Source of the DNA: Dimorphilus gyrociliatus
Taxonomy: Eukaryota; Animalia; Annelida
Assembly (NCBI GenBank): GCA_904063045.1
Contig: CAJFCJ010000025.1
Location: forward strand, 744,001-808,000
Direction of reading: 5' to 3'
DNA length: 64,000 bases
Part shown: one piece after another, positions 50,172-62,800 of the stretch
How the letters are laid out: the number at the start of each line of letters is the position of its first letter
Numbering within the stretch: the stretch's first letter is position 1
The notes under the pieces: generated by a model
The model's database searches: none
What the model saw: the letters and a program-made list of their open reading frames with translations, nothing else
Told to the model about the DNA's origin: nothing
Translations under genes and position numbers: made by a program

Positions 50172-51552
50172 CAGTGAAGAATAGGTTGAGTAATGAACGA
50201 GCTTAGAATAGAGTAGACAGTTTGTTGAATACTTAAATCTGGTAAGGGCGGGGGGGGGGGGGAGAGCGGAGAGAGAGGGAGAGAGGGAGGACTTTATTGA
50301 ATTTTGACCTGAAAGAAAGACATAAAATAAAACTCTCTTTATGACTAATAATAATCAAAAAGAGAGTGTATAATAAAATATAATATAATAATTCTCCATT
50401 GAACGAAGAGCAAAAGGTAAAAGGGACTACGTTTCCTCAATACAAATAACGTCGATCATTGTTACTTTGTTAACACTTCGTTTCCCTTTCTTCTGTTTCA
50501 TTTAGCTTTTTATTTGGTTCAGAAAAAAAAGGAAAAAAAATGATGTTAATAATAAATTAATTCAATAGGATTATTGAATTTTTCTTTATACGTCTAAGAA
50601 TCATTAAAAGTTCTGAATGGAGAGCAAAGAACGATAAATATTAAGGACTGTTAGCATACTGTAGCTAAACAGTATATATATACTGTATATATATCTAAAT
50701 ATCTTTTTTAATAATGTTTCATCATCCTATTCAAGAATATAGCCATTCAAAAGAAGACAGAAATATATCTTAAAATCAATAAAATCTATGTTGTTTCAAT
50801 AAATTACTTTGTTTTAAAAGTAGAAGAAATGTATAAATAATTGCCAAATAATAAAATTGATTAATTAATTAGATAGGTTTAATATTGGCCTATTAAAATA
50901 TAAATAATCGAAAATTAGGTAAAAATATCCAAGATTGAAATCTACGTGAAGTAGGTTTTGTATGGATATGAATGTTTAATATTTATTTATAAATCATAAA
51001 ATACTAAAAGAAATACCTATAAAGTTGTTTTTTTTTCAAGTTTTCTTTTGTTTTTGTTTAATTCTTTTTTTTTATTAAAAACAAAATATAGAAAAATAAA
51101 AGAAGACGGGTTGAAACAAGTTCAAAAGAGAACATCGATAAGAGAAATTGATCAGCATAAACGCCACTCTTCATCCATGAAAAACGATCATTTGCCTTCA
51201 TTTCTCATGTTTGCCACGGATATATTTACTTGACAACTGAAAGAATGTCTGGAATAATGGAACGTCTTAGCGATACAAAAATAGTTAATAAAGTGGTTAG
51301 TATTTAAATTAAGAAAACAGAAAAGATTTCTCAACTAACTGAAAATCATGTATACAAATGTATAAATATTTATGCAACTAACCGTTCAATCATGCCAGTT
51401 CAATGAAAATGTTCAATTCATGCGTTCAGCAAGTCACATTTGTAAACACTATGTTGACATAACTACTAAAGTATTTGTGAATGATATTGAGCATTATATT
51501 CCCACTTTAGCTCGAGTCAGGATTAATCAGTTTTTTTCTATAGCCTCCAGAT

Positions 51553-53556
51553 ATGAACAAGGAAAGATCAACTCTACTTTGGTCTTACAAGACGCCCGAT
51601 AAACTTTTAACTGTTAAATTAGGCGAAAATCCAGTAGAGTCTGTTAAAAAATTCATAGTTAATAATTTAACTATCCAGACCAACTACGAACTAGTTAGTA
51701 TTGGAGCTGCTATAACCAAATTTATGCCTTTCACTGCTATTCCTCCTCACGCACTCTCCTATAGTGTCCTTCTCATTCTACCAACAAAAAATACTTGTCT
51801 AACAATTTGGATGGAACAGGAAAAAGTTCAAGAATTTGAAATTCATCTTCTCAAAACTGTTTTCAATTTGAAGAAGAAACTAGCCGAAGTAACTGGATGG
51901 CCAATTCATCTAATTGATTTCACTGTACGAGGAGATGTTCTTGAAAATTCAGCGCAACTAATCAATTTACGTTTGGACGACAAAATACAATTGACTCTTC
52001 AACCTTCTCCACATTTCTTTATAAACATTGAAACATTTTGGGGGAAAACATACGAAATTGAAATAAACCAATTAACAACGGCCAGACAATTGATCAAATC
52101 AACTTTGATACAAACATTAACAGATGATGTACGATTTAACTATAAAATGTATTTACCCAATGAAAAATCATTTAAGCACTTGATAATGATTAAATTTAAC
52201 GGAATCTTGTTAAAATACGACGAATGCTTGAATAAATATAGGATTAAAGTTGGTGACCGTATAAAGCTGTTAACAACAGGCCAAGAAAGATGCGAAGAGA
52301 ATATTCAAGTTCATTTAACTATTTTAAATGGTAATTTATTCCAATTGCTTTTGGCAAAATACGATAATTGGTTTATTGCCTATTTAAAGCTATTAAGTAA
52401 TTCTGAAATTTACGTAAATAGCATAAAGATACGTTTGAATGGAAATTATGTCAATTGGGAAGAGCCAATTCTTTCTTCCTCCATAGATACTTCTAATAAA
52501 ATTATTATTAAAGCAAATGTTGACACGATTAACGAATCTGTAAAGAAATCGTCTACTGAATGTCTTCAATTAGCTGTTAGAGCGCCATCTGGGGTCATTC
52601 ACCATGTTCAAGTTGATAAAACTGCAAAGATAAGGGACGTTAGAAGAAAGTTAAAAGAAGAGAAATGTATGGAAAATCTTAAACATATGAAATTTTCGTA
52701 CGATTATCAAGTTTTACCTTCGAATTATTCGCTCAATGATTTATCGTCAAATGATGAAATCTATTTGGAATTAAAGTTCAAATCGTTACCAATTATCGTA
52801 AAAACCAAGACGAATTCAAGCATTTGCTTTAATCTACCTATTAATACGAGTTTAAGAGAGATTATTGAAAAGGTTAAGCCCGGTCGAAATAATATAGGAA
52901 TTATGATGGGAGGAGAATATCTGAAAGAGAAAGAAGGTTCTCTCCTAACAGACTACGGTTTATACGTCAATAGTTGTATTTGGTTGCGTAATATTGAATT
53001 TGAACAAATAATGTATCTATCATCTGAAAATAGTCAACAAATACCTCTGACAATCAGAACTGACGGTGTTGATTCGACTCAACTGCAAGAATTACATCTT
53101 TCGCCCGGTAGTAGAATATCTTTACAGCTTTTCATCAATTGGAGGTACAAGAAGCAACTTCAATTTCGTTCTGATAAGATAATTATTACTAGTTGGCATA
53201 AGAAAGGTTCAAAACCGGATTTAATCTTAGCCGAAGATAATAGTCGTTTATTAAACAATGGAAAAACTGGAAAAAGTATTAAATTTCAAGATAATCATGA
53301 AGATAACCGTGGAAAAGTCAATGATAGAATAAAATTAGACAAATATTCTTTACAACCATCAACATCGTTAGAATATAGGCGACTAAAACAGCAAACCTTG
53401 TTAAAGAATCGTCTATTCGAGAGTTTTACCGTTGATAGGAAGAAGAATGATTATAAAAGTAATTTCTGGTCGAGCGATGAACTAAGACGATTAGTTAGAA
53501 CTCCTAGTCTTAAATTATCCGTTTCATATGAAAATCAATCGAAATTCAAGATTTGA
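51553..53556 (+). CDS. Uncharacterised protein with about 6-7 tandem divergent ubiquitin-like (beta-grasp) domains and a basic C-terminal tail; may start at 51372 via intron 51471-51543
   Basis: 667-aa ORF. Repeats align by eye with ubiquitin: TCLTIWMEQEKVQEFEI..KTVFNLKKKLAEVTGWP..FTVRGDVLEN; FFINIETFWGKTYEIEI..IKFNGILLKYDECLNKYRIKVGDRIKLL; LQLAVRAPSGVIHHVQVDKTAKIRDVRRKL; IIVKTKTNSSICFNL..IMMGGEYLKE..LLTDYGLYVNSCIWL. No unit ends in LRGG. Confidence 0.75.
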   Translation: MNKERSTLLWSYKTPDKLLTVKLGENPVESVKKFIVNNLTIQTNYELVSIGAAITKFMPFTAIPPHALSYSVLLILPTKNTCLTIWMEQEKVQEFEIHLLKTVFNLKKKLAEVTGWPIHLIDFTVRGDVLENSAQLINLRLDDKIQLTLQPSPHFFINIETFWGKTYEIEINQLTTARQLIKSTLIQTLTDDVRFNYKMYLPNEKSFKHLIMIKFNGILLKYDECLNKYRIKVGDRIKLLTTGQERCEENIQVHLTILNGNLFQLLLAKYDNWFIAYLKLLSNSEIYVNSIKIRLNGNYVNWEEPILSSSIDTSNKIIIKANVDTINESVKKSSTECLQLAVRAPSGVIHHVQVDKTAKIRDVRRKLKEEKCMENLKHMKFSYDYQVLPSNYSLNDLSSNDEIYLELKFKSLPIIVKTKTNSSICFNLPINTSLREIIEKVKPGRNNIGIMMGGEYLKEKEGSLLTDYGLYVNSCIWLRNIEFEQIMYLSSENSQQIPLTIRTDGVDSTQLQELHLSPGSRISLQLFINWRYKKQLQFRSDKIIITSWHKKGSKPDLILAEDNSRLLNNGKTGKSIKFQDNHEDNRGKVNDRIKLDKYSLQPSTSLEYRRLKQQTLLKNRLFESFTVDRKKNDYKSNFWSSDELRRLVRTPSLKLSVSYENQSKFKI

Positions 53557-53865
53557 TTTTTTTTTATCTCATTAATTATGTAAATTTATGCAAATAAATA
53601 ACAATATATTTTTTATAATGAAGTGATGTTTTGTATTAAAACAATTAACGATACTTTACGGTAATAAGTTTTCAGTGACAAAACAGGTTCAAGGCATATA
53701 TATATATAATTTTAAATATACTGTATTATTTGTATATTTAGCTTTCAAGCGTCCCATTTTCCCTCCAACCGACAGCCTCCAAAAGAAAGAAAAAGGAAAT
53801 AGAAACTTCTTCATTACCATTTGTAATTAACATAGTTTTGTTCTGTTTTTATTTTTGGTTCTTTT

Positions 53866-56800
53866 TTATGATCTAAGTTCTAAAAATCTATTAGAGAGTT
53901 GAGAATAGTTCTGACCAACTGGTGGACCTTGAGGAGGCTGATTTGGAAAGAGGATATTACGTAGCTGGGACGTACTTACACGAGGTACTTGCTTAGCATT
54001 CTGAGCCAAGAATTTACTCCAAGGACCTTGACCGAATGCTTTCGTTAAATTTTGTGCTAAAAGTAAAATATCACGTTTTATAGTTAGTATATCAACAAGT
54101 ACAATTCCACCAAATGTAACGCTCATCATAGCTATAGCCACGCTTCCGTAAGTATTAGCATCTGCAGCTTCCGTTGGAGTATTATCACTTGAATCTGTTT
54201 GTGAAAATTGCATCATTATTATCATCCGTCTACAATATATTATACATAATATATAGTATATAAATGTATACTGTATATATATCATTTACCTGAGCATTCT
54301 TTCGGCGATGGTTCCCAACTAACCGTATTTCCTGAAGGTTTACAATATGATACAAACCAATCCTTTGTTACGGTTTTACCGTCTTCGACTATAGTTGTCT
54401 TATAATTTTGCGGACAAGAGAAATTTGCATATGTCCAAGAAGATGTCTTTGTTGTGTTCGCTTTAATATTTGTAGATACAATAACATTCAAACAGTGAGA
54501 TATTTTACAAGATGGCAATACGCCTATCCATTCTCCATTTTCATTGCAAAACATAGATGTTGAAGCCGGAAGGCTTGTATCATTTTTAGTTGCATTTGCA
54601 ACCCTAGAGGATATTGCAGAATTTCCTTTTTCTGAATCCAGTTGATATCCAGTTCGACACGTGTACACAATCGTATTACCGTACGATGTGCTAAGATTTG
54701 AAGGTACAGCATTATCCACAACAATAACAGCTGGACATGTTATGAGAACACAGCCTATTTGCCTAAAGAAGATACTGATTGCCCATTGACCGTTCTCTTG
54801 ACAGATTCCCTTTATTTGTGTTTGAATTTCACTTTTCGGTGTTTGCGCTCCCAGTTTAAATTGATATCCTTTCAAGCATTTATATTTTACAATAGAATTC
54901 ATATTGATAGTTGAATAAATAGCTTCAGCATGTGGTAATTTATATGGTGTACCGCAGACTATTTCAACGCAATCGGGAACTGTATTATTCCATTGCGAAC
55001 CAGGATTACACTTTATTCCCCATTTACGGGCGTTTGAATTGGCAAATTTATGACCTTCTTTACACGTATACTCCCAAACACTGTCCAAGTCAGTTGTATT
55101 TCCCTTTCGGATACTATTGGCTGGATATGGTGCCGATGGACATCGATTAGTTAAACAATTTCCGACTTCACTAGACCATTTACCAATCTCCAAGCATGTT
55201 ATTATTGTTTGCTGAGTACCGTCAGGTAATCTCGAATCGTTATTACATTGTATTTTAAGTTTAGTTTCCGCTATATGAGAAACTGATGAAGAGTTGACTT
55301 TCAAAGTAGAACTGAAATCTGCGGACGAACAGAACGTTTGTTTACAGGCTGGAGGATCCTTATTTGACCATTCGGAATTTTCGTTACAGGTTATAGATAG
55401 CTTAAGACTACCATCGGGGAACGAATGTTGCTTAAAGCAACTATATTTGATGACAGTTTTCATTGGAAATACTGACGGACGATTATCAGTAGCGTTAATA
55501 ACGAAAGGTGGTGGTTTGCAATTTGTTTGGGAACAGGGCCTAAGCGTTGAAGGAACCCAGGCTAAAGATTTAGTACAGTTTAAGATCTTTCTCACTTGTC
55601 CATCGGGAAATCTCATACCAGGTTCACATTCTATCAAAGAATATGACTCTGAAACAAGCTGTTTTACAATAGCATTTTTAACTTCAGGAGGTGGTCCGCA
55701 ACGATTTATTCCACAAGATGGACTCCTCGGGTGCATAGCACCTGACAATTTACAGAATGACCAAACGCCTTCTCTACCGTCAGTATGAAGTTGACCTTTT
55801 GGACATTTCATAAAATATTCACCCGGGTATTTAATAACCCGATCAACATATTCCAATCCTTCGAGAATCTTAAATTTGCATAAAATATCTCGACATCTCC
55901 AAAGTTTTGCATCATAAGACCATTTTTTTGTTGCCAAACAAGTAATAGTTCTACTTATACCACGATCTTCGTATTCCATACCAATTGGACAGGTATATTC
56001 AACAGTAGATCCAATCAAGAATACTTCCGGTTTTGAAATGATGGCGTGTGGAATAACAGATGGAGATGGGCAAACAATTGCTTTGCATTGAGGTACTCCT
56101 CGACTCCAGCGATCTCCTAAGCAGGAGACTTTGATCGATTGTAAAGTTGAATCTTCTATAAATTCATATCCTTCGTGACAGACAAAAGTAACGTATAAAC
56201 CTTTTGAAACATAGCCTTCAGGGCCATATTTGTTCGCATTGGGTACGACAGCTAGTCCTTGACAAATAACATCTTCTTGTTTTACGGGAGGATCAGTTGG
56301 CTTGGGATTAGGATCAAATTTGTCTGTAGGTTTTGGAGTCGTTGCAGGTGGTAATTCGCAAACAGGAGATGCACCCGACCAACTTTTATCGCCTTGGCAT
56401 TTTCTTGTCAAATCTCCTGATTTTAAAATATAGCCAAAATTGCATGAATAAGTTTTTTCCTGACCAAATCCATTCTGACCAAATACTTGTGCATTAAAGA
56501 CAATAGGAGGCTCTGGACATTCTATCGGTTCACAACTAATTGGAGAACCTGACCAACTGGTATCAGCTTGACAAATAATTTCTTTATCTCCTTCGCTTTG
56601 TTCGTGTCCCTCGAAGCATTTATAAAAGATTTTCGACTGAAAAACGTATTCTTCTCCATATGCGATAGCGTTAGTTGGATTTTCCGGTTTACCGCAAGCC
56701 AATCTCTTACAAATAGGAAGTGTTCCAGTCCATTCCCGATTTGCTTGACAAATTCTAGTAACTACTTTTCCGTCGTCTGTTGAGAATCCATCTTGGCAAA

Positions 56801-59800
56801 TATATTTCAAACTATCTCCGAAACGATAAGAATCTCCTTCAATTACTGCAAATGGTATAACTTCTGGAACTGTACAATTGACCCTTTCGCAAACTGGCTT
56901 TTCATCTCTCCAGACTTTATCAGCGTCACATTTAATTTGAAGATTTCCGCTAATTTTTTCATAACCATTATCGCATACATAAGTAACAACATCTTCAAAT
57001 AAGAATTGCCCACTTTTCTCACCATTACTAATATCTCCAGGATCACCGCAAGTTATTTCTATAAAATATTAATATTAAAGGTTTACATATGTAAATAGAT
57101 ATATGAATTTTATACTTTCGCAAACTGGTAATGTGCCATTCCATTTCCTATCTTCTAAACATTGTATTATAAACACTCCTTTAGTTTTATAATAGCCAGG
57201 ATAGCAAGTGTAATTTACGTAATCTAAATAAGAGAATGACGTTTCCTTGTAGCTGGCATGGTCTACCTGTGACGCCGGACCGCAAGAAACCTCTGTTGAA
57301 GGAAAAGAGCATTGAATTAATTAGCAATAGAAATTAATATTTTTTGTTTGTTGTACTTTTGCAAACTGGCCAGGGTGCATTCCAAATAAGACTATCATTA
57401 ACTAGAATACACTGAAGAGACAAGTTTCCGCTGGTTAGCTCATATCCTGTATCGCATTCATAGACAATAGTATCGTTATAGTAGAAGGAACCCTTTCTGG
57501 TCGAATTGTAAATAGTTGGAGGATCTGAACAAGTATCTCGATCGCACACGGCGGATGGATGAGACCAAGTTTTATTTGATTCACATTCAAGACTTAGGAA
57601 ACCCGTTACATTTGTAAAACCAGGATGACATTCATAATTAACAACTCCTTGATATAAGAAATTCGTATATCTTCTTGTTCCATTTCCAGTAGTTCCTGGA
57701 TCGCCGCAAGATATTCTTTCGCAGACCAGTGTTTCACCACTCCATAGAGCGCTGGCTAGACATGTATGCTCATGATCGCCACTTTTTCTTTGATATCCCT
57801 CGTCGCAATCCCATCTAATTGTATCATTGTAGAGGAAATTATGCCAATTTATAGTTGCATTATCGACTTTCTCAGGGAATCCGCAATTTAGTCTAAGGCA
57901 AACTGGAGGAGCGCCCGTCCAAAGTCCAGTATCTAAACATGTTCGAACAAAGGTACCACCAGTAAGATTATAACCTGTAACGCAATCAAAAGTAGTATTT
58001 TCTCCTATTTTCGTTCCATAATCAATTCGTGTTGTTAGATTTACATCTGGCAAAGGTGGACAATGTGTACGTACACAGTGTGGTTTTTCACTCCAAGTAA
58101 AATTAGCCTGACAAGTTGAAAAGTTATGTTTGGCAATGACGAAATACTGATCACAGAAATAATCCGCTCTATCTTCATATTTTGTCATAGTAAAGTTTCT
58201 ACCTCCATTATTAATAGTAGGAGGAGACTTACAATCAACAATTGGACACGTGGGAGCTTCACCAGTCCAAGTTCCATTGTCCAAACATGTTCTACTTAAA
58301 TTTCCACTAAACCAATAATAACCCAAAACACATGAATATGTTATTGTAATATTTAATGGAAAAATTTGAGTGACTGGTAGCCTAGTTGAATTTATAACGG
58401 GGGGAGGTTCAGGACATTCAACTCTCTTGCAAGATGGTAAAGTTGACCAGGAACCGTTAGCGAGGCAAGTTGTCGTACTAGAGTTTACCAATGAGAAATA
58501 CCGATTACAATAGTAAGTTGCTACTGCTTGATAGAAAGTATGTAATGAAATTGTCAAGTTAACCTGTCCATTGGCTATTAGTGGAAAGTTTCCGCATGAT
58601 GCATCTGTAACGAAAAGTAAAATAAAGATAATATATTCAATTTACAATATATAGTGCCACGGTGTATTTACTTACATTCGCAAACGGGCTCCTGACCAGT
58701 ATACGTTCCGTTTTCAGTGCATTTTCTTACAATATCGCCACCCACGTGTACGTTTCCAGTTGTACATGTATATGTTATATTGGTATCAACTAGAAAATCG
58801 TTGGTTATACGAGTTGTATTTGTTGGTTCACCAGGATCAGGACAAGTTACTCCTACATTAAAAACAGTTTGAATTACTTGAATTAGAAAGCTTTAAATTT
58901 ATGAATTATCTTACTATTGCAGATTGGACTTTCAGTCCAACTTCCGTTGTCCTGACAATGGATTCTATCATTTCCAATCATTTCGAAATGCTCTGCACAA
59001 GTATAATTAACTGTTTGTTGATATTTTGTTCCTTCAACATGTTTAGTAGAATATTTAACGATAGCTGGCTCCTTACAATCGACAAGGGAACAGTCTGAAG
59101 CTCCAGTTGGAATCCAGATACGCTCAGATCCACATATGTAAGTAAGATTCTTATATCTTAGGTCATTGTCTAATACTTCGTATCCTAATTGGCAACTGTA
59201 TGTTGCCTTGTCCAGATAAGCGAATCCTGATTTTTCGACAAAAGTTGAGTAGGTGTAATTTGAAGGAGGTGTGGAGCACTCGAAATCTGTAAGAAATCAT
59301 CATTTCATATGTATTAATATATTTAACCGTTCAATATATTTTCAATTTTTAGTCTTACATTCGCAAGCAAATGTAGTAGGTGTAGAGCAATCTTGGGATT
59401 CAAAAATTTTTGCTGCTGGCCTCAAGTAAATAACACATTCTCCTACATTGCTGTTTAAAACATTCTGAATTGATTCCACAGTGTCATTTCTACCTTCGAA
59501 GAAAAACTCATTATCTCTTTTTCTTGCTCCTATAAATATTTTCCTGTAAAGGTTGTGTAATAAAGTTAATACGGATTATTAATTTTGTTATTCCAGATAT
59601 ATTAAAAAACAAACCCCGAAGGTTCAACATCTTTCGAATATTCCCTAAGAAACTCTGACGTCCCATCCTCTATTGCTTCTTTAGAGATCAATAAGCCATG
59701 ATTACTTTCACAATGATTTTTAGCATGAACATAACTAGCTTTAGCATTAGCAACGCCATCAAAAGATGAATGATAGAAACATCTATGAGTCTTTGTTGTA

Positions 59801-62800
59801 GGACGAAAAGGTAGAGGGCAGTAATCTGTTTTAAATATATTTATTTTCTAAACATTTACAGTGATTTTTGATGAAAAACTTCAATATTAATATTAGTATA
59901 AATTAACATATAGTTACGTTGGCACTTATAACTTTGTGTACTCCAGCTGCCTGTCTTTAGGCAAGCTACGTTGGTTATATTTTTTGGAGCCCACATAATC
60001 TCCGTTTCCGGTTGAGTTGAAATATAAAAGTTTTCCTTACAAGCCAGAGTTGCTAAGTGAGAATACTCTGTCAGAGTTTGATAAACCCAGATTCCATCAT
60101 GTACCGTTGTGAGATTTCCACAATTTATTTCTGTTAAAAGATTGAATATTAAATAATAACACTTTTATAATTTCTGTTAGTTGTTGTTCAAATGACATGG
60201 AAATATCTTACTGTTCTCACAGTTGTTGCCTGAATAGCCTGGTGCGCAAATACATTCATAATGCGGAGAGATGTTCTGTGGAAAACACGTTCCTCCATTA
60301 TGACAAGTATCTTGTTGACAGTAGTTATGTTTATCTAATTTAATAAAAGTATATGAACTAATAAGTGGTTGAAATTGATATTTTATGATAAATTTTACTT
60401 GAATAGCATTTAAGAGCACCGAAATTCAGTTCAAATTCATATCCATTAGGCCAATATACTTTATAAATTGGTACTCTACTCTTTCCTATTATATAGCCAC
60501 TATCTTCATCGTCAAACATACATTGACAGGGGCGATAATTCGGACCAGGATAATCGCATATACGATTTGTCACTTCGTCAGATATACTAAAAAATGCTGA
60601 TTCGGGTGTTGCTACCATAATGTTTGAAATATGATGTTTAGAGGCACATTCAATATCAACATCTTGAGTACACACATAAAATAGACTTTTAAACTGTTCA
60701 ATTAGTTCAAACGAATAACTGTTAACATAGAGATCTAATTAATATTCTATAGAGAAAATGTTCAAAAGGAATAATCACCCCAAATCAAAGGTAGTGTTTT
60801 CTTGAGTCTGAAAATTAAATTGTAGTCTTGTCAAAATAGGTGAACCAAAATGGCAATTTACGCTTAGTGGTTTATGTTTACCATCTGGTCCATCAATATC
60901 AATATACTTTTGAGCATACCCTGTTAGCAGTGGGGAATTTTCTTTAATATCATTACAGGTTTTCTCATATACTGCAGCTATTTTGAGGATTGAAAGAAGC
61001 TTGTTTAAATATTCATTCATTAAAAGATAAAATATATATTATGTCTAATTGAATTATAACTTACTATTACAAGTGGCTGCTGTATTATTAAACCAAGCCC
61101 AATCGTTCAGTGTACATGTTAATACAAATCGATGATTTTCGGGAAAACCATTCTCGTATCCAGGTTTACATATATATTCTTTAATTGCACCTAATGTATG
61201 TGTTCCGAATATTGAGACAATCTTTGCATTAGCCACCGCCGGCGGAGTAACTGCGCAATTATGAAGTGTGCATTCTGCCGATGACAAATTCCAGGATCCG
61301 TCTGAGCCACAAAGTAGAGGTTGTACTATCGATGCACCGTTTAATGAATATTCGTTGTTACAAGTTAAAATTTCAGTGTCGCCTACATGATAGTTTTTTT
61401 TGGCAAGCAAACTCAAATTGAAATTATTAAACGTTGAAAACTCTGGACATTTAGTTGCCTGGCATAAGAATGGTGCGACACTTTCACAGCCGACGACATG
61501 ATATTTTAAAGGATTTGAAGAGTTACATAACGAGGCATGAACACATTTATTTTCTGTAAGGTCATTTGCACTCGCCGCCCATAATGAATGTTCAGTCAAA
61601 GGTGACTCATCAGACCAAACGATAGCTCCGCTCTTTCTAAACAAACCAATAAGCGCACTTGTCGAACCAAATTCGTAATGAGTTCTTATCAATGTTGCCA
61701 AGTTTACGTCCTCTAGCTTTGCTAATGTTGAATCTAGCTGTTCGCATATATATTTAGCTTCGTCTCTTGTGCCAACAAGATTTACGGATTGCGATGGCCA
61801 ATAGCAAGTTTCATTGTAAAGAACAAAATTCTCGGGGCAGTTCACTATAAACATACAATTGAATTCCTATACAGTATATTTCCAATGAATGAAACTAAAA
61901 GAAAAGAGTAGAATTAAAAATGTATAAAGACTTACAGTAACACGAAAGCGTATTCTCTCCCGACCATGAACCGGATGAGTAACAGTAGGATTCTTGTGAG
62001 CTTAATGATGATTCTAAAAATACTGTATTTGTACAATTAATCAACGCTTTTGAGCCGTAAACTGGTAATTGCCCAGGAGGATCGTACGTTACAGTTAGGT
62101 CGCCAGTAGCAGTAAGATTTGTACAAACTTTCGCTAAATTGATGATATTATTTGAAAATTTCCATTAAATAAGTTTGGTTGTGAGAGATGTTTTGTAAAT
62201 AATCTACTTACGTATTTTACAATGTTCATCAAGTTCAACAGGATAACCTGGATGGCAATGACAACCGTAAGTTGAAGTTGTTTTTAAGTAACAATTTCCG
62301 TGATCTCCGCAAGGATTAGTTGAGCATGGATTTATAAGACCACCGGTAAAATAGCCATAAGATACACAAACTAAAGGACCAATGCTTATCTCTAAAGATA
62401 AATCATTTGTGGGAGGAGCATACTTGATCGCTTTAATTGGTAACTTCTCTTTATTCACAATATTTCCATAATCCATAGTCGGAGAACCCATATTATCGCA
62501 TTTACAAGGCATTCTAGGATCTTCATTCTTGCACATACTATCAGTGTCATATGCCCAATCAGTACTAGTTTTCTCAACATTATTACTTTCGTAAACCCAT
62601 GAAATGGATTTACTAACCATGTAACTACTTGTACAAGATATCTTAACTTCTTGATAGCAATATGGTGAGGCATTGACTACATCTCTAAAAAACAATAATT
62701 TTAAAGAGATATATTATTCAATTGATCGTAAAATAGTAAAATATTCTTACTTGACTTGCTCATAAGGTGTATTACCTCCTTTTCCGTATTTATATTCAAT

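Noticed and set aside
51048-51233. 61-aa ORF upstream of the poly-UBL gene
   Set aside because: TTG start, no motif, and it ends in a stop without a usable donor; at most 5' UTR sequence.
51553-53556. Calling the poly-UBL ORF a polyubiquitin precursor (UBB/UBC)
   Set aside because: The units are mutually divergent, of unequal length and lack LRGG ends.
54524-57046. Small alternative-frame and antisense ORFs inside the sushi gene
   Set aside because: They overlap a clear sushi-repeat reading frame and have no independent signal.
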